A DNA stretch of 64,000 bases from Candidatus Bathyarchaeota archaeon. Its GTDB lineage: Archaea > Thermoproteota > Bathyarchaeia > Bathyarchaeales > Bathycorpusculaceae. How positions within the stretch are numbered: position 1 is the stretch's first letter; each line of letters starts with the position of its first letter. The notes under the pieces were generated by a model. It worked only from the letters and a program-made list of their open reading frames with translations, made no database searches and was not told where the DNA came from. The stretch lies in the NCBI GenBank assembly GCA_963828195.1, contig CAWHDT010000005.1, forward strand, positions 364,923 to 428,922. The letters run 5' to 3'. Both the position numbers and the translations under genes were made by a program. Shown one piece after another: positions 36,473 to 46,081 of the stretch.

Positions 36473-38914
36473 TTGTTTAAACGAAGTGATTTTAACATGA
36501 TAAACAAGTTGCCAATAGAAAAGTTAAGGAAAGAATGTGAACCTGATTTTATGCAGTGTGAATCGACCAAAGATCTTGTTCCTTTAAGCGAAATTATAGG
36601 CCAAGAAAGAGCTGTTCGAGCCTTAAAATTCGGGCTCGGCATAAAAGACCACGGTTTCAACATGTACGTTGCAGGTTACCCAGGAACAGGCAGAAAAACC
36701 ACGGTTCAAAACTTTGTAGAAGCCCAAGCGAAAGTTCAACCAGTTCCGCCTGACTGGTGCTATGTCAATAATTTTGCTAACTCGTATGAACCGAAAGCCA
36801 TTCAGTTGCCGCCGGGAAAAGGAAAAGAATTCCGCGATGATATGAAGAATTTTATTGAAAACGTTGTTCGTAACGCGCTTCCTAAGGCTTTTGAAAGTGA
36901 AGATTACATTGCAAGAAGAGACGCAACAATCCAGGGGCTTGAAAATCAGCGGAAAAAGTTAATTGACGAATTAAACGAGAAGGCTCAAAGCGAAGGCTTT
37001 GTAATTCAAACGACACCAATTGGCCTCTTACTTATTCCGGTGCTAGACGGCAAACCGCTCAGCGAAGAAGAAATGTTAGCTTTGCCTCAGAAAATGAAAG
37101 AGAAGATTCAAGAGAAAAGGGAAAAGTTGGAAGCGGATTTTAGGAACACGATGCGGCAGCTAATAGATATGGAGAGAAAAATTCATGAGGCAATAAAGAA
37201 ACTTAACAAAGAAGTTGCCCTCTTCACTATTGGCAATCAAGTTGAAAGCTTAATTGAGAAATACAAAGGATCAGCCGAAGTAGCAGCTTACATGAAAGAT
37301 GTCGAAAACGACATTTTAGATAATCTGCAGCAGTTCATTAAAAGAGGGGAACCTCAACAGCAATTCCCGTTCCCAATGCCGTGGATGAGGGAAGAGCCTT
37401 ATAAGAAATATGAGGTAAACGTAGTCATCGATAATTCCGATACTAAAGGCGCCCCTGTTGTTATGGAATCTAACCCAACTTACCCCAACCTTCTTGGAAA
37501 AACAGAGAAGGAAGCGCAGTTTGGGGCATTAACCACTGACTTCACCATGATAAGGGGAGGATCCATACACAAAGCCAACGGCGGATACCTGATTATTCCA
37601 GTTGAAGACCTGCTGAGAAACCCCTTCTCCTATGACGGTTTGAAGCGGGATCTTAGAGATAGAAACATAGCGATAGCGGAACCTGAAGAACGTTATGGTT
37701 TTCTAAGCGTTAAAACCCTTAAACCTCAACCGATTCCGATGACAGCGAAAGTCATTCTAATCGGTGATCCCGAAATTTACCAACTCATGTTCCAGTTGGA
37801 TACCGATTTCAGAGACTTGTTCAAAATTAAAGCTGAATTTGACACAGTAATGAATCGGACTGATGACACAATAAGCCAGTATGCTTCTTGGGTATGTACG
37901 CTCTGCGAAAAAGAAAAACTCAAACACCTCGACGGCACAGGAATAGCTAAACTAGTAGAGTACAGTTCAAGAATTGCAGATGACCAATACAAACTGTCAA
38001 CGCAGTTCGCACTTGTAGCAGACATCATTCGCGAAGCAAACTATTACGCTTCACAAGATAATACCGAGTTCATAAATGGAAGCCAAGTCAAAAAAGCAAT
38101 AGAAGAAAAAGTTTACCGCTCAAAACTCGTTGAAGAAAAAATTCAAGAAATGATAACCCGCGGATTCTTCCTGATCGACACCATCGACGAGAGAGTGGGG
38201 CAAGTAAACGGCTTATCCGTTATGGGCCTAGGCGACTTTGCCTTCGGTACCCCTTCGCGTGTAACAGTAAGCATCGGCTTGGGCAGAGAAGGAGTAATTG
38301 ATATTGAAAGAGAAGCGAAGATGGGTGGACCGATACACACAAAAGGCGTTTTGATTCTCAGCGGCTACATAAATGACAAATATGCCAGGGATAAACTGTT
38401 AAGTCTTTCTGCCAGGCTTACTTTTGAGCAGAGCTACGGGGGAGTTGAAGGTGACAGCGCTTCAAGCACCGAATTATATTCGATTTTGTCAGCGCTTTCG
38501 GGACTGCCGATAAAACAGAACATAGCTGTAACAGGGTCAGTTAATCAGAAAGGTGAAGTGCAAGCCATCGGTGGCGTCAATGAAAAAATCGAGGGTTTCT
38601 TTGAAGTCTGCAAACTTAAGGGCTTAAATGGAACACAGGGAGTGATGATACCCGAGAGCAATGTGCAAAACCTGATGCTCAAAGAAGAAGTTGTTGAAGC
38701 AGCAAAGGCAGGAAAATTCAACATCTACTCCGTTAAAACAATAGATGAAGGCATAGAAGTTCTCACTGGGACAAAGGCTGGACAAAAAAATGCAGATGGA
38801 TCTTTCGAAGAAGGAACAGTGAATTACCTAGTTGACAAGCAACTAAGAGAAATGGCTGATAAACTAAAAGAGTACCCGACTGCCGCAACGCCAGAGAAAA
38901 AAGCTGAAAGCTGA
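36473..38914 (+). CDS. Lon-like protease with AAA-like domain and S16 Ser-Lys protease domain, no TM segments (LonC/COG1067-like)
   Basis: C-terminal GVEGDSASSTELYSILSAL...AVTGSVNQKGEVQAIGGVNEKIEGF. N-terminal IGQERAVRAL...VAGYPGTGRKTT. The start may be the ATG at 36497. Confidence 0.75.
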   Translation: MFKRSDFNMINKLPIEKLRKECEPDFMQCESTKDLVPLSEIIGQERAVRALKFGLGIKDHGFNMYVAGYPGTGRKTTVQNFVEAQAKVQPVPPDWCYVNNFANSYEPKAIQLPPGKGKEFRDDMKNFIENVVRNALPKAFESEDYIARRDATIQGLENQRKKLIDELNEKAQSEGFVIQTTPIGLLLIPVLDGKPLSEEEMLALPQKMKEKIQEKREKLEADFRNTMRQLIDMERKIHEAIKKLNKEVALFTIGNQVESLIEKYKGSAEVAAYMKDVENDILDNLQQFIKRGEPQQQFPFPMPWMREEPYKKYEVNVVIDNSDTKGAPVVMESNPTYPNLLGKTEKEAQFGALTTDFTMIRGGSIHKANGGYLIIPVEDLLRNPFSYDGLKRDLRDRNIAIAEPEERYGFLSVKTLKPQPIPMTAKVILIGDPEIYQLMFQLDTDFRDLFKIKAEFDTVMNRTDDTISQYASWVCTLCEKEKLKHLDGTGIAKLVEYSSRIADDQYKLSTQFALVADIIREANYYASQDNTEFINGSQVKKAIEEKVYRSKLVEEKIQEMITRGFFLIDTIDERVGQVNGLSVMGLGDFAFGTPSRVTVSIGLGREGVIDIEREAKMGGPIHTKGVLILSGYINDKYARDKLLSLSARLTFEQSYGGVEGDSASSTELYSILSALSGLPIKQNIAVTGSVNQKGEVQAIGGVNEKIEGFFEVCKLKGLNGTQGVMIPESNVQNLMLKEEVVEAAKAGKFNIYSVKTIDEGIEVLTGTKAGQKNADGSFEEGTVNYLVDKQLREMADKLKEYPTAATPEKKAES

Positions 38915-39052
38915 TTTAAAAATTTTGATTTAGCACTTTTTCTTCTTCTTTTTTAGTTGTTTCAAGTGGATAAGAAATATTGATTCTGACTCGTTATTCT
39001 GAAGAATCAAGGTTTATTTGCATTTAGACACTACGGGTAATTAGGTGCAAAT

Positions 39053-39271
39053 TTGGTAACTCCAAAGGGCAAGCGCAAACGTAGCAAAGTATTGATGATT
39101 GTGCTTTTTCCAGCGGTTATGTTTATTGCAGTTATTGGTTGGTGCTTGTACTGTTTGGGAGACCAAAAAAGACCAAAGAAGAAACAGCATAAACCGCCCC
39201 AAAAAATTGATGACGAGAACGTAACCTTTATGCCTATAATTTACGAGGAAAAGGAAGAAATAAGAACTTAA
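39053..39271 (+). CDS. possible small membrane protein
   Basis: 72-aa ORF with a basic N-terminus, one hydrophobic helix (VLMIVLFPAVMFIAVIGWCLYCL) and a charged tail. No homology recognised. Confidence 0.25.
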   Translation: MVTPKGKRKRSKVLMIVLFPAVMFIAVIGWCLYCLGDQKRPKKKQHKPPQKIDDENVTFMPIIYEEKEEIRT

Positions 39272-39330
39272 TAATGCAAAAGCAAGCGCTTCATTAATCA
39301 TTTGCAAAGTTAAAATTTGAACATTATAAA

Positions 39331-39541
39331 TAGGCTTGCACGCTTGTTGTTGCAAATGCACAACCACAATTCCATTTATACCTCGCAAAAGTTCTGTTAA
39401 CTTGCGAGAAAATAGCCATCCAAGAGGTACACCCACGCTTGGCGGGTTAGCAGTTAAATGAGGCGCGGATTGCTGCACCCTGAAGACTCAGGGCTTTTTG
39501 ATCCGCGGCTGTCGTTTAACAGTTGCGATCCGTCAAGCCTA
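39331..39541. ncRNA. candidate structured RNA (family unknown)
   Basis: Four nested helices: TAGGCTTG 39331-38 / CAAGCCTA 39534-41; CTGTTAA 39394-400 / TTAACAG 39516-22; CGCGGAT 39464-70 / ATCCGCG 39501-07; CCCTGA 39478-83 / TCAGGG 39488-93. There is also a hairpin CCAAG 39420-24 / CTTGG 39438-42. The block is GC-richer than its flanks. Confidence 0.3.
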
Positions 39542-39626
39542 CTTTTGGTTACTCTTATCAAGTTAGCTGGTTTTCTGTATAGAATTTATAAGGGATAGAT
39601 GCAATTCTATTTTTTGTGAACGTAAC

Positions 39627-39986
39627 TTGAATTACAAAGAAAACATGCATCCGAAAGTCAGCCAAGCAGAAATGGCTGTTTTCCACGAATTAAGCAAAGC
39701 TGGCTTAACCACCGGCATGCTGACGCAAAACCCCATCATCCTAAAATCCACTATTCCAGATTTCTGTTGGGCTAACAAAAGAAAAATTGTGTACTTAGAC
39801 GGCGTGCCAGTGCATTCCAGTGATAAAGCACAAAAACGTGACTGCGAAATCGATGAACTGCTGGAAGCGCAGGGATGGGAAGTGCTTAGAATTCCCTATC
39901 AACCGCCCATAACAGAGAAGGGACTTGCTGAAATAATGGCAACCATAAAACATTTTTTAAATGCGGACGTAGAAGAGGAAACGTAG
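39627..39986 (+). CDS. DUF559 / Vsr-like restriction-endonuclease-fold protein
   Basis: PDFCWANKRKIVYLDGVPVHSS...RDCEIDELLEAQGWEVLRI (a D...E.K-like core followed by the typical GW.VLR ending). Confidence 0.55.
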   Translation: MNYKENMHPKVSQAEMAVFHELSKAGLTTGMLTQNPIILKSTIPDFCWANKRKIVYLDGVPVHSSDKAQKRDCEIDELLEAQGWEVLRIPYQPPITEKGLAEIMATIKHFLNADVEEET

Positions 39987-40033
39987 ATTTTTTTAATCGT
40001 TCAGTCTTCTGTTTTTTTGGTAGAATTTTGAAT

Positions 40034-40076
40034 TTTAAAAGAACAACAACACCCGAAAAACAACTGTTGTTCTTCT
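40034..40076 (-). repeat. hairpin repeat family, copy D (module 2 only, inverted)
   Basis: TTTTAAAAGAACAACAACACCCGAAAAACAACTGTTGTTCTTCT matches the reverse complement of 2534-2577, differing only in the loop. Confidence 0.75.
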
Positions 40077-40120
40077 CAGGCTTTGTCTGGGCAAGTTTCT
40101 GAAGTCGCCTCATGAAAAGA

Positions 40121-40127
40121 TATTTAT
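40121..40127 (+). promoter_or_regulatory. TATA-box-like element upstream of tRNA-Glu
   Basis: TATTTAT lies about 27-33 nt upstream of tRNA position 1. Confidence 0.3.
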
Positions 40128-40153
40128 CTGTTAGAACTTACCTCTTTGGGAAT

Positions 40154-40262
40154 GCTCCGGTAGTATAGTCCGGTCAAACCTTACTAAGCCATCTTATTAA
40201 GGGACCATGTATAGCGGCCTCTCGAGTCGCGGACCCGGGTCCAAATCCCGGCCGGAGCACCA
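40154..40262 (+). tRNA. tRNA-Glu (CTC), CCA encoded, with a ~31-nt insertion (probable non-canonical intron) in the D-loop
   Basis: Acceptor GCTCCGG/CCGGAGC. D-stem GTAT 40163-66 / GTAT 40209-12. Anticodon stem GCGGC/GTCGC with loop CTCTCGA. T-arm CCGGG-TCCAAAT-CCCGG. Discriminator A followed by CCA. Total length is 109 nt. The inserted block at ~40178-40208 forms its own 10-bp hairpin. Confidence 0.75.
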
Positions 40263-40320
40263 TTTTATTTAGTTCCAGCATGCAGTTTTTTCTAACTGAT
40301 GGCTTTTCCAAAAAGAAAAA

Positions 40321-41424
40321 TTATTTGTATGCGAGTGTTGAGCATAATTCTTCTACCGTGCGGTTAAGTGTTAGTTCTGCCATGTTTCTGCTGTAGTCCA
40401 TTATGCGTCTTGAGCTGTCAAAGATCAAGCGCAGCACTGAAGCTATGTTTGGGTCGAGTTTTTTGCTTGACATCAACATTATCAACTCGTTTTCAAGTGG
40501 AGCGAGGGTGTCACGTTTTGAGATGAGTTTTTCTGCGTCTTTGTATTCTCTTTTGAACAACGCTTTTATGGCGTCGTCGTATAGCTGGTTGGCTTGGGTG
40601 CTGAAGTTGACGAGTTGATTGTATATTTCTTCGTCTATGGGGTCTTTTATGTATAGGGTTTCGTCGTCGATGAGTTTTTGCAGTGAACCCAAGTTGTTGA
40701 TGATGTTCATGGCGTTTTGAGCGATGCTTTCCACATCGTTTACGGCGATGCGGTAGAGGAGAAATTCCTTGGGTGTTCTAAAGCCGAGTTCCCGGTACAG
40801 GTTGCGCTCTATCCCATATTTCAGTTGGCGAACAATGTATAATCCCAAGCGGTTTACATCATTGTGGGCATTGATTACGCTGTCAAATAAAGCGGTGCTT
40901 CTCTCTTTTAAGGCGGCGATGGCGTCCCTGTTTGCGGAGAGCGCTACGATAGCCATTCGTCTGACGGCTTTTTCAATTGGGAATTCTGAAGGTTTTATCA
41001 GAATTTGCAAGGTAATTTCATCGGTTGTTTCATCTATTATTTCTGAGCCGAGAAAATTGTCTCTTGCCAAATTTTTTATTTCATTTTTGTATTTTACTGT
41101 ATCCTGAGTGTTTTTGAATCGGACGCGTATTATGTCGGCTCCTATGGCGTATAATGCGCGGGTCATGCGTAAAGTTGATTGTATGGGTTCTTTCGGGTCA
41201 ACGGTGATGAAGTATTCTTTGGGTTTAGCTGCGTTGCCTCTGCCTTCTTTTTCCTGTATTTTCCGTGGAACCAACGTTAAGGTGGAGTCTGGCTGGATGT
41301 TGAAGGCTATTTCGCTGCCGCGTTTTAATTCGAGGTCTTGGACCCATTCTTTGGGAAGCGAGATTATGTATGAGCCTCTGCCTGTGCATTGGACTCTTCT
41401 ATAGCCTAGGTCTTTTTCTGCCAT
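40321..41424 (-). CDS. AbrB/SpoVT-domain plus PhoU-domain regulator (archaeal PhoU-like)
   Basis: N-terminal RRVQCTGRGSYIISLPKEWVQDLELKRGSEIAF (swapped-hairpin AbrB type), then helical PhoU-like repeats. Confidence 0.65.
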   Translation of the reverse strand: MAEKDLGYRRVQCTGRGSYIISLPKEWVQDLELKRGSEIAFNIQPDSTLTLVPRKIQEKEGRGNAAKPKEYFITVDPKEPIQSTLRMTRALYAIGADIIRVRFKNTQDTVKYKNEIKNLARDNFLGSEIIDETTDEITLQILIKPSEFPIEKAVRRMAIVALSANRDAIAALKERSTALFDSVINAHNDVNRLGLYIVRQLKYGIERNLYRELGFRTPKEFLLYRIAVNDVESIAQNAMNIINNLGSLQKLIDDETLYIKDPIDEEIYNQLVNFSTQANQLYDDAIKALFKREYKDAEKLISKRDTLAPLENELIMLMSSKKLDPNIASVLRLIFDSSRRIMDYSRNMAELTLNRTVEELCSTLAYK

Positions 41425-41699
41425 ACCCTCATCGCCTGATATACGAATCGTTTAGATAACATATTTCACGACGTTGCATATAAATGATTATCAACAAAGT
41501 TATATAGAATATGTGCTATTTATGTGGGCTAGCACTAATAAAAAAGTGGTAAAAATGGCAGTAAACACCCGCAAAATAATACTGACTTGTGGTAACCAAT
41601 CGCCCACAAACAAAAGCGTTTTTTGCACAAGCGACGTTGAACTGCACATTCTCATGCTCACTTGTCCACGCTAAACACGAAATCTAAAGAGGTTAAAGT

Positions 41700-42146
41700 A
41701 TGGTTAAAAGAATAGTTGCAAAACAAGAAGTATGCATCGGATGCGGACTATGCGAAGTCTACTGCACAGTTCAGCATTCAAAATCAAAAGACATAATCAA
41801 AGCCTACAACAGCGAGAAGCCTAAACCAATAAGCCGAGTTAAACTAGAAGTCAACAAGCCCGTCTCCTTCGCCATCCAATGCCGACACTGCGAAGACGCC
41901 CCATGCGTAATCGCTTGCTTATCAGGCGCAATGCAAAAAGACGAAAAAACAGGTCAAGTAACCCATAACCAAGAGAAATGCATGGGCTGCTGGACCTGCA
42001 TAATGGTTTGCCCATATGGCGCTTTAAAAATGGACAAGGAAGACCATGTGGTTGCTAAATGCGATTTATGCCAAGACCTCGAGGAGCCAGCATGTGTTGC
42101 CAACTGCCCCAATGGAGCGTTGGTTTTCAAAGAGGTGAAACCGTAA
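41700..42146 (+). CDS. CooF/HycB-type polyferredoxin
   Basis: Motifs CIGCGLCEVYC, CRHCEDAPCVIAC, CMGCWTCIMVCP and CDLCQDLEEPACVANCP. Confidence 0.8.
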   Translation: MVKRIVAKQEVCIGCGLCEVYCTVQHSKSKDIIKAYNSEKPKPISRVKLEVNKPVSFAIQCRHCEDAPCVIACLSGAMQKDEKTGQVTHNQEKCMGCWTCIMVCPYGALKMDKEDHVVAKCDLCQDLEEPACVANCPNGALVFKEVKP

Positions 42147-43427
42147 ATGGCGAAGTACGTGGTTGTTGGCGCTTCAGCAGCAGGCATAGGTGCAGTTGAA
42201 GCCATACGAGAAGTAGATCAAACTGGGGCCATAACCATAATCTCCGAGGAAACATGCGCACATTACAGTCGCCCAATGATCAGCGACCTCCTGAGTGGAA
42301 AAGCAGACACCAAAAAAATGAAGTGCCGAAGCGACGAGTTCTGGAAAGAAAACAACATTGAAGCAATCATGGGCAAAAAAGCAACAGCCCTAAACTTAAC
42401 TGAAAAAACTGTTCAGCTAGACAGCGGCGAAAAAGTTGCTTACGAAAAACTGTTGCTGGCGACAGGCGGCAAACCCTTTGTTCCAAAAATGGAGGGGTCA
42501 GATAAAGACGGCGTATTCACTTTCACAACGATGGGTGATGCGCAGCGCCTTGGAGCTAAGATTGACAGCATAAACGCTAAGTCAGCCATAGTTATCGGCG
42601 CTGGTCTCATCGGCATAAGCGTAACTGAAGCGCTCATGAAACGGGGTTTAAAAGTTACTATGGTTGAGTTGCAAGAGAAAATTCTCAGCTTGCTCTTAGA
42701 CGCAAAAGGTTCAGACATCGTTGAAGCGGCTGTCAAGAAAGCAGGCGTCAACATCATAACTGGCCAGTCTGTCCAGAAAATAGTGGGCAAACCAGATAAC
42801 GAAAGCACCGTCGGCGGAGTAACCTTAACTAAAGGCGACCAAGTACCCTGCGACCTCGTCATCGTAGCCATAGGTGTCATTCCACGGACTGAGTTAGCGG
42901 TCGGGACAACGGTGAAAATCAACAGGGGGATAGTGGTTGACGACGCTATGCAGACAAATGTCCCTGACGTTTACGCCAGCGGCGATGTGGCTGAAGCGTA
43001 CGATTTCATTTTGAATCAGAACCGACTTTTGCCCCTTTGGCCTCTTGCGGTTTTAGAGGGACAAGTTGCAGGGTATAACATGGCGGGAAAGAAAACTGCT
43101 TACGCGGGCGGCACAAACATGAGCAGCCTCAAGTATTTCGGCATACCTATCGTCTCGATAGGCTTAGCTAACGCTAAAGAAGACCCAGCTTTGGAGGTGC
43201 TTGTTAAACAAGACATCGAACGCGGCATCTACAAGAAAATTGTCTTAAAAAACAACGTTATCGTAGGCTTAACGCTTGTTAACAGCATTGAGCGAGCGGG
43301 CATCTTGTTCTACCTGATAAAAAACGCGGTGAACGTGAAAAAATTCAAGCAGAAACTTCTCGAAGACGACTTCAGCTGGGCCACATTGCCGGCGGGTCTT
43401 CAGAGAAAAATGGGTGTGGTGCAATAA
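42147..43427 (+). CDS. FAD/NAD(P)-dependent pyridine nucleotide-disulfide-family oxidoreductase
   Basis: Motifs YVVVGASAAGIGA, AIVIGAGLIGISVTEAL and YASGDVAE. Confidence 0.75.
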   Translation: MAKYVVVGASAAGIGAVEAIREVDQTGAITIISEETCAHYSRPMISDLLSGKADTKKMKCRSDEFWKENNIEAIMGKKATALNLTEKTVQLDSGEKVAYEKLLLATGGKPFVPKMEGSDKDGVFTFTTMGDAQRLGAKIDSINAKSAIVIGAGLIGISVTEALMKRGLKVTMVELQEKILSLLLDAKGSDIVEAAVKKAGVNIITGQSVQKIVGKPDNESTVGGVTLTKGDQVPCDLVIVAIGVIPRTELAVGTTVKINRGIVVDDAMQTNVPDVYASGDVAEAYDFILNQNRLLPLWPLAVLEGQVAGYNMAGKKTAYAGGTNMSSLKYFGIPIVSIGLANAKEDPALEVLVKQDIERGIYKKIVLKNNVIVGLTLVNSIERAGILFYLIKNAVNVKKFKQKLLEDDFSWATLPAGLQRKMGVVQ

Positions 43428-44566
43428 TGAACTGGCAAGACAGAAAAATAATCAGTCCGTTTGGAGATGACAAGGATTTTTCAGGCTGCGCCCTCTTCGG
43501 CATGATGAACACGGAAGGCAAGCGTTTCGGCTCGAAAGATCCAGTTCGCGCTATAACGAACATGCATGACCGAGGCAACGGTTTAGGCGGAGGCTTCGCA
43601 GTTTACGGCATATACCCAGAATTCAAAGATTACTATGCCTTCCACGTGATGTATCTGAGCAAAGACGCAAAAGAAAAAACTGACCACATCCTCGCTTCGA
43701 GATTTGACATAATCTACGATGAAGAAATGCAGACAAGACCCGCCGCCGACGTCCGTGACGCCCCGCTTGTTTGGCGGTATTTTGTTCAACCTAAAAAACA
43801 TCGACCGGAAGACCAGGCAGAAGAGGATTACGTGATAGAAGCCATCATGCATATTAACAGTGAAACGGGCAAAGCATTTGTTTTTTCAAGCGGCAAAAAC
43901 ATGGGCGTATTCAAAGGCGTAGGTTTCCCCGAAGATGTAGCGGACTTTTTCAGTTTAGAAGATTACCAGGGATACCTCTGGACATGCCACAGCAGATTCC
44001 CCACAAACACTCCTGGCTGGTGGGGCGGAGCACACCCATTCAACATTTTGGATTGGACGGTAGTGCACAACGGTGAACTGTCATCCTACGGCATCAACCG
44101 CCGCTACTTGGAAATGTACGGTTACAAATGCACGATGCAAACTGACACCGAAGTGTTAGCTTACGCGGTTGACTTGCTAATACGAAGACAACATCTGCCA
44201 ATCGAGTTGGTTTCGCAAATCCTTGCTGCGCCGCTGTGGAGTGAAATAGACTGCATGGAACCCAAAAAAGCGCAGCTTCTAAGATCAATGCGTCAAACCT
44301 ACGGGAGCTTACTGATGAACGGGCCCTTCAGCATAATTGTTGCTCACCACGGCGAAATGATAGGGTTGACTGACAGAATTAAGCTGCGGCCAATGGTGGC
44401 GGGTTCAAACGGCGACTACATGTACCTGTCATCTGAGGAGTCAGCCATGCGGTTGGTTTCGCCGAACTTGGACAAGTTCTGGTGCCCAAGAGGCGGAGAA
44501 ACTGTGGTTGCCAGACTAAAAAACAGCCCACAAGCCATTGAGGTTTGTGTTGGAGGACAAATTTAA
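43427..44566 (+). CDS. glutamate synthase, class II (Ntn) glutamine amidotransferase domain protein
   Basis: Motifs GCALFGMMN, NMHDRGNGLGGGFAVYG, CHSRFPTNT and VVHNGELSSY. The catalytic Cys lies 21 residues after the ATG. Confidence 0.75.
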   Translation: MNWQDRKIISPFGDDKDFSGCALFGMMNTEGKRFGSKDPVRAITNMHDRGNGLGGGFAVYGIYPEFKDYYAFHVMYLSKDAKEKTDHILASRFDIIYDEEMQTRPAADVRDAPLVWRYFVQPKKHRPEDQAEEDYVIEAIMHINSETGKAFVFSSGKNMGVFKGVGFPEDVADFFSLEDYQGYLWTCHSRFPTNTPGWWGGAHPFNILDWTVVHNGELSSYGINRRYLEMYGYKCTMQTDTEVLAYAVDLLIRRQHLPIELVSQILAAPLWSEIDCMEPKKAQLLRSMRQTYGSLLMNGPFSIIVAHHGEMIGLTDRIKLRPMVAGSNGDYMYLSSEESAMRLVSPNLDKFWCPRGGETVVARLKNSPQAIEVCVGGQI

Positions 44567-46077
44567 TGAAAACTTACATTATCCCTGAATATTTAGTTGA
44601 ACGCGACCAAAACCGCTGCATACGCTGCAAAGTATGCGTGAACCAATGCACCTACGAAACCCATTCCTACGACGAGGAAACCGACAAGATATGCAGTAAG
44701 GACGAGAACTGTGTTAACTGTCAACGCTGCGTAACATTTTGCCCAACCCACGCCATCACAATCAGAAAGAACCCTAATGTTAGCCGAGAAAACGCCAACT
44801 GGACAATGGAGGCTATTCGAGACGTAAAGAAGCAGGCTGAAACAGGGGGAGTCATCTTAACAGGCATGGGCTGCGATAAACCAGAATACTCTTACTGGGA
44901 CAAACTGCTCCTAAACGCCAGCCAAGTGACAAATCCATCGATTGACCCGCTGCGTGAACCCATGGAGATCAGAACTTACTTGGGTGCAAAACCAGACAAG
45001 CTGGAGCTCGAAGTGGAAAACGGCGAAACGGTGCTTAAGACACAGCTAACGCCGCAGCTTTGCCTAGACATACCCGTCATGTTCTCAGCGATGTCCTACG
45101 GCGCCATAAGCTTAAACGTTCATGAATCCTTAGCCCGAGCAGCTACCGAATGCGGAACCTACTTCAACACTGGCGAAGGCGGCTTAGACAAAAGCCTCTA
45201 CAAGTACGGCGACCACGCCATCGTCCAAGTTGCATCGGGACGCTTCGGCGTGCATCCCAAGTACCTTAAGGTGGGTGCAGCTGTGGAAATAAAAATTGGT
45301 CAAGGCGCAAAACCAGGCATAGGCGGACACTTGCCAGGCGAAAAAGTAACCGAAAACGTAGCTAAAACACGCATGATACCCACAGGCACAGACGCGCTTT
45401 CACCTTACCCTCAACATGACATCTACTCAATCGAGGACCTGCGCCAACTAATTTACGCGCTCAAAGAAGCCACAAACTACACCAAGCCCATCTCTGTGAA
45501 AATTGCGGCGGTCCACAACTCGGCGGCGATTGCAAGCGGGATGGTGCGGGCTGGGGCAGACATCATTGCTCTTGACGGCGTCAGAGGCGCAACTGGTGCG
45601 GCGCCCAAAACCATCAGAGACAACGTGGGCATACCCATAGAATTAGCCATTGCACAGGTGGATCAGCGGCTCAGAGAAGAAGGCATCAGAAATCAAGCTT
45701 CCGTCGTGGCGGCTGGCGGCTTCAGAAGCAGCGCTGACGTGGTTAAAGCCATCGCACTTGGAGCTGACGCAGTGTACATTGGAACTGCCGCTTTGATCGC
45801 TATGGGCTGCACGGTTTGCCAACGCTGCTACACAGGTAAATGCCCATGGGGGATTGCGACAAGTGACCCGTGGATCGGCAAACGCATCAACCCCGACATT
45901 GCTTCGAAACGTCTGGTGAACATGCTCAATAGCTGGAGCCTCGAGATCAAAGACATCATGGGCGGCATGGGCATAAACGCCATTGAAAGCTTACGCGGCA
46001 ACCGACTTGCCCTACGAGGTGTCGGCTTAACGAGAGCGGAATCAAAAATCTTAGGCGTGAAGTTGGCAGGAGAGTAA
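44566..46077 (+). CDS. glutamate synthase FMN-binding domain protein with N-terminal 2x[4Fe-4S]
   Basis: Motifs CIRCKVCVNQC / CVNCQRCVTFCP, then MSYGAIS, EGG, IKIGQGAKPGIGGHLPG and AAGGFRS. The ATG at 44566 (TAATG junction) is preferred over the track start at 44545. Confidence 0.8.
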   Translation: MKTYIIPEYLVERDQNRCIRCKVCVNQCTYETHSYDEETDKICSKDENCVNCQRCVTFCPTHAITIRKNPNVSRENANWTMEAIRDVKKQAETGGVILTGMGCDKPEYSYWDKLLLNASQVTNPSIDPLREPMEIRTYLGAKPDKLELEVENGETVLKTQLTPQLCLDIPVMFSAMSYGAISLNVHESLARAATECGTYFNTGEGGLDKSLYKYGDHAIVQVASGRFGVHPKYLKVGAAVEIKIGQGAKPGIGGHLPGEKVTENVAKTRMIPTGTDALSPYPQHDIYSIEDLRQLIYALKEATNYTKPISVKIAAVHNSAAIASGMVRAGADIIALDGVRGATGAAPKTIRDNVGIPIELAIAQVDQRLREEGIRNQASVVAAGGFRSSADVVKAIALGADAVYIGTAALIAMGCTVCQRCYTGKCPWGIATSDPWIGKRINPDIASKRLVNMLNSWSLEIKDIMGGMGINAIESLRGNRLALRGVGLTRAESKILGVKLAGE

Positions 46078-46081
46078 AAAT

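Noticed and set aside
39041-39478. 145-aa minus-strand ORF overlapping the small plus-strand ORF and the structured block.
   Set aside because: No motifs and an odd composition. It runs through the GC-rich nested-helix region, which is better explained as RNA structure. Neither strand's ORF is well supported.
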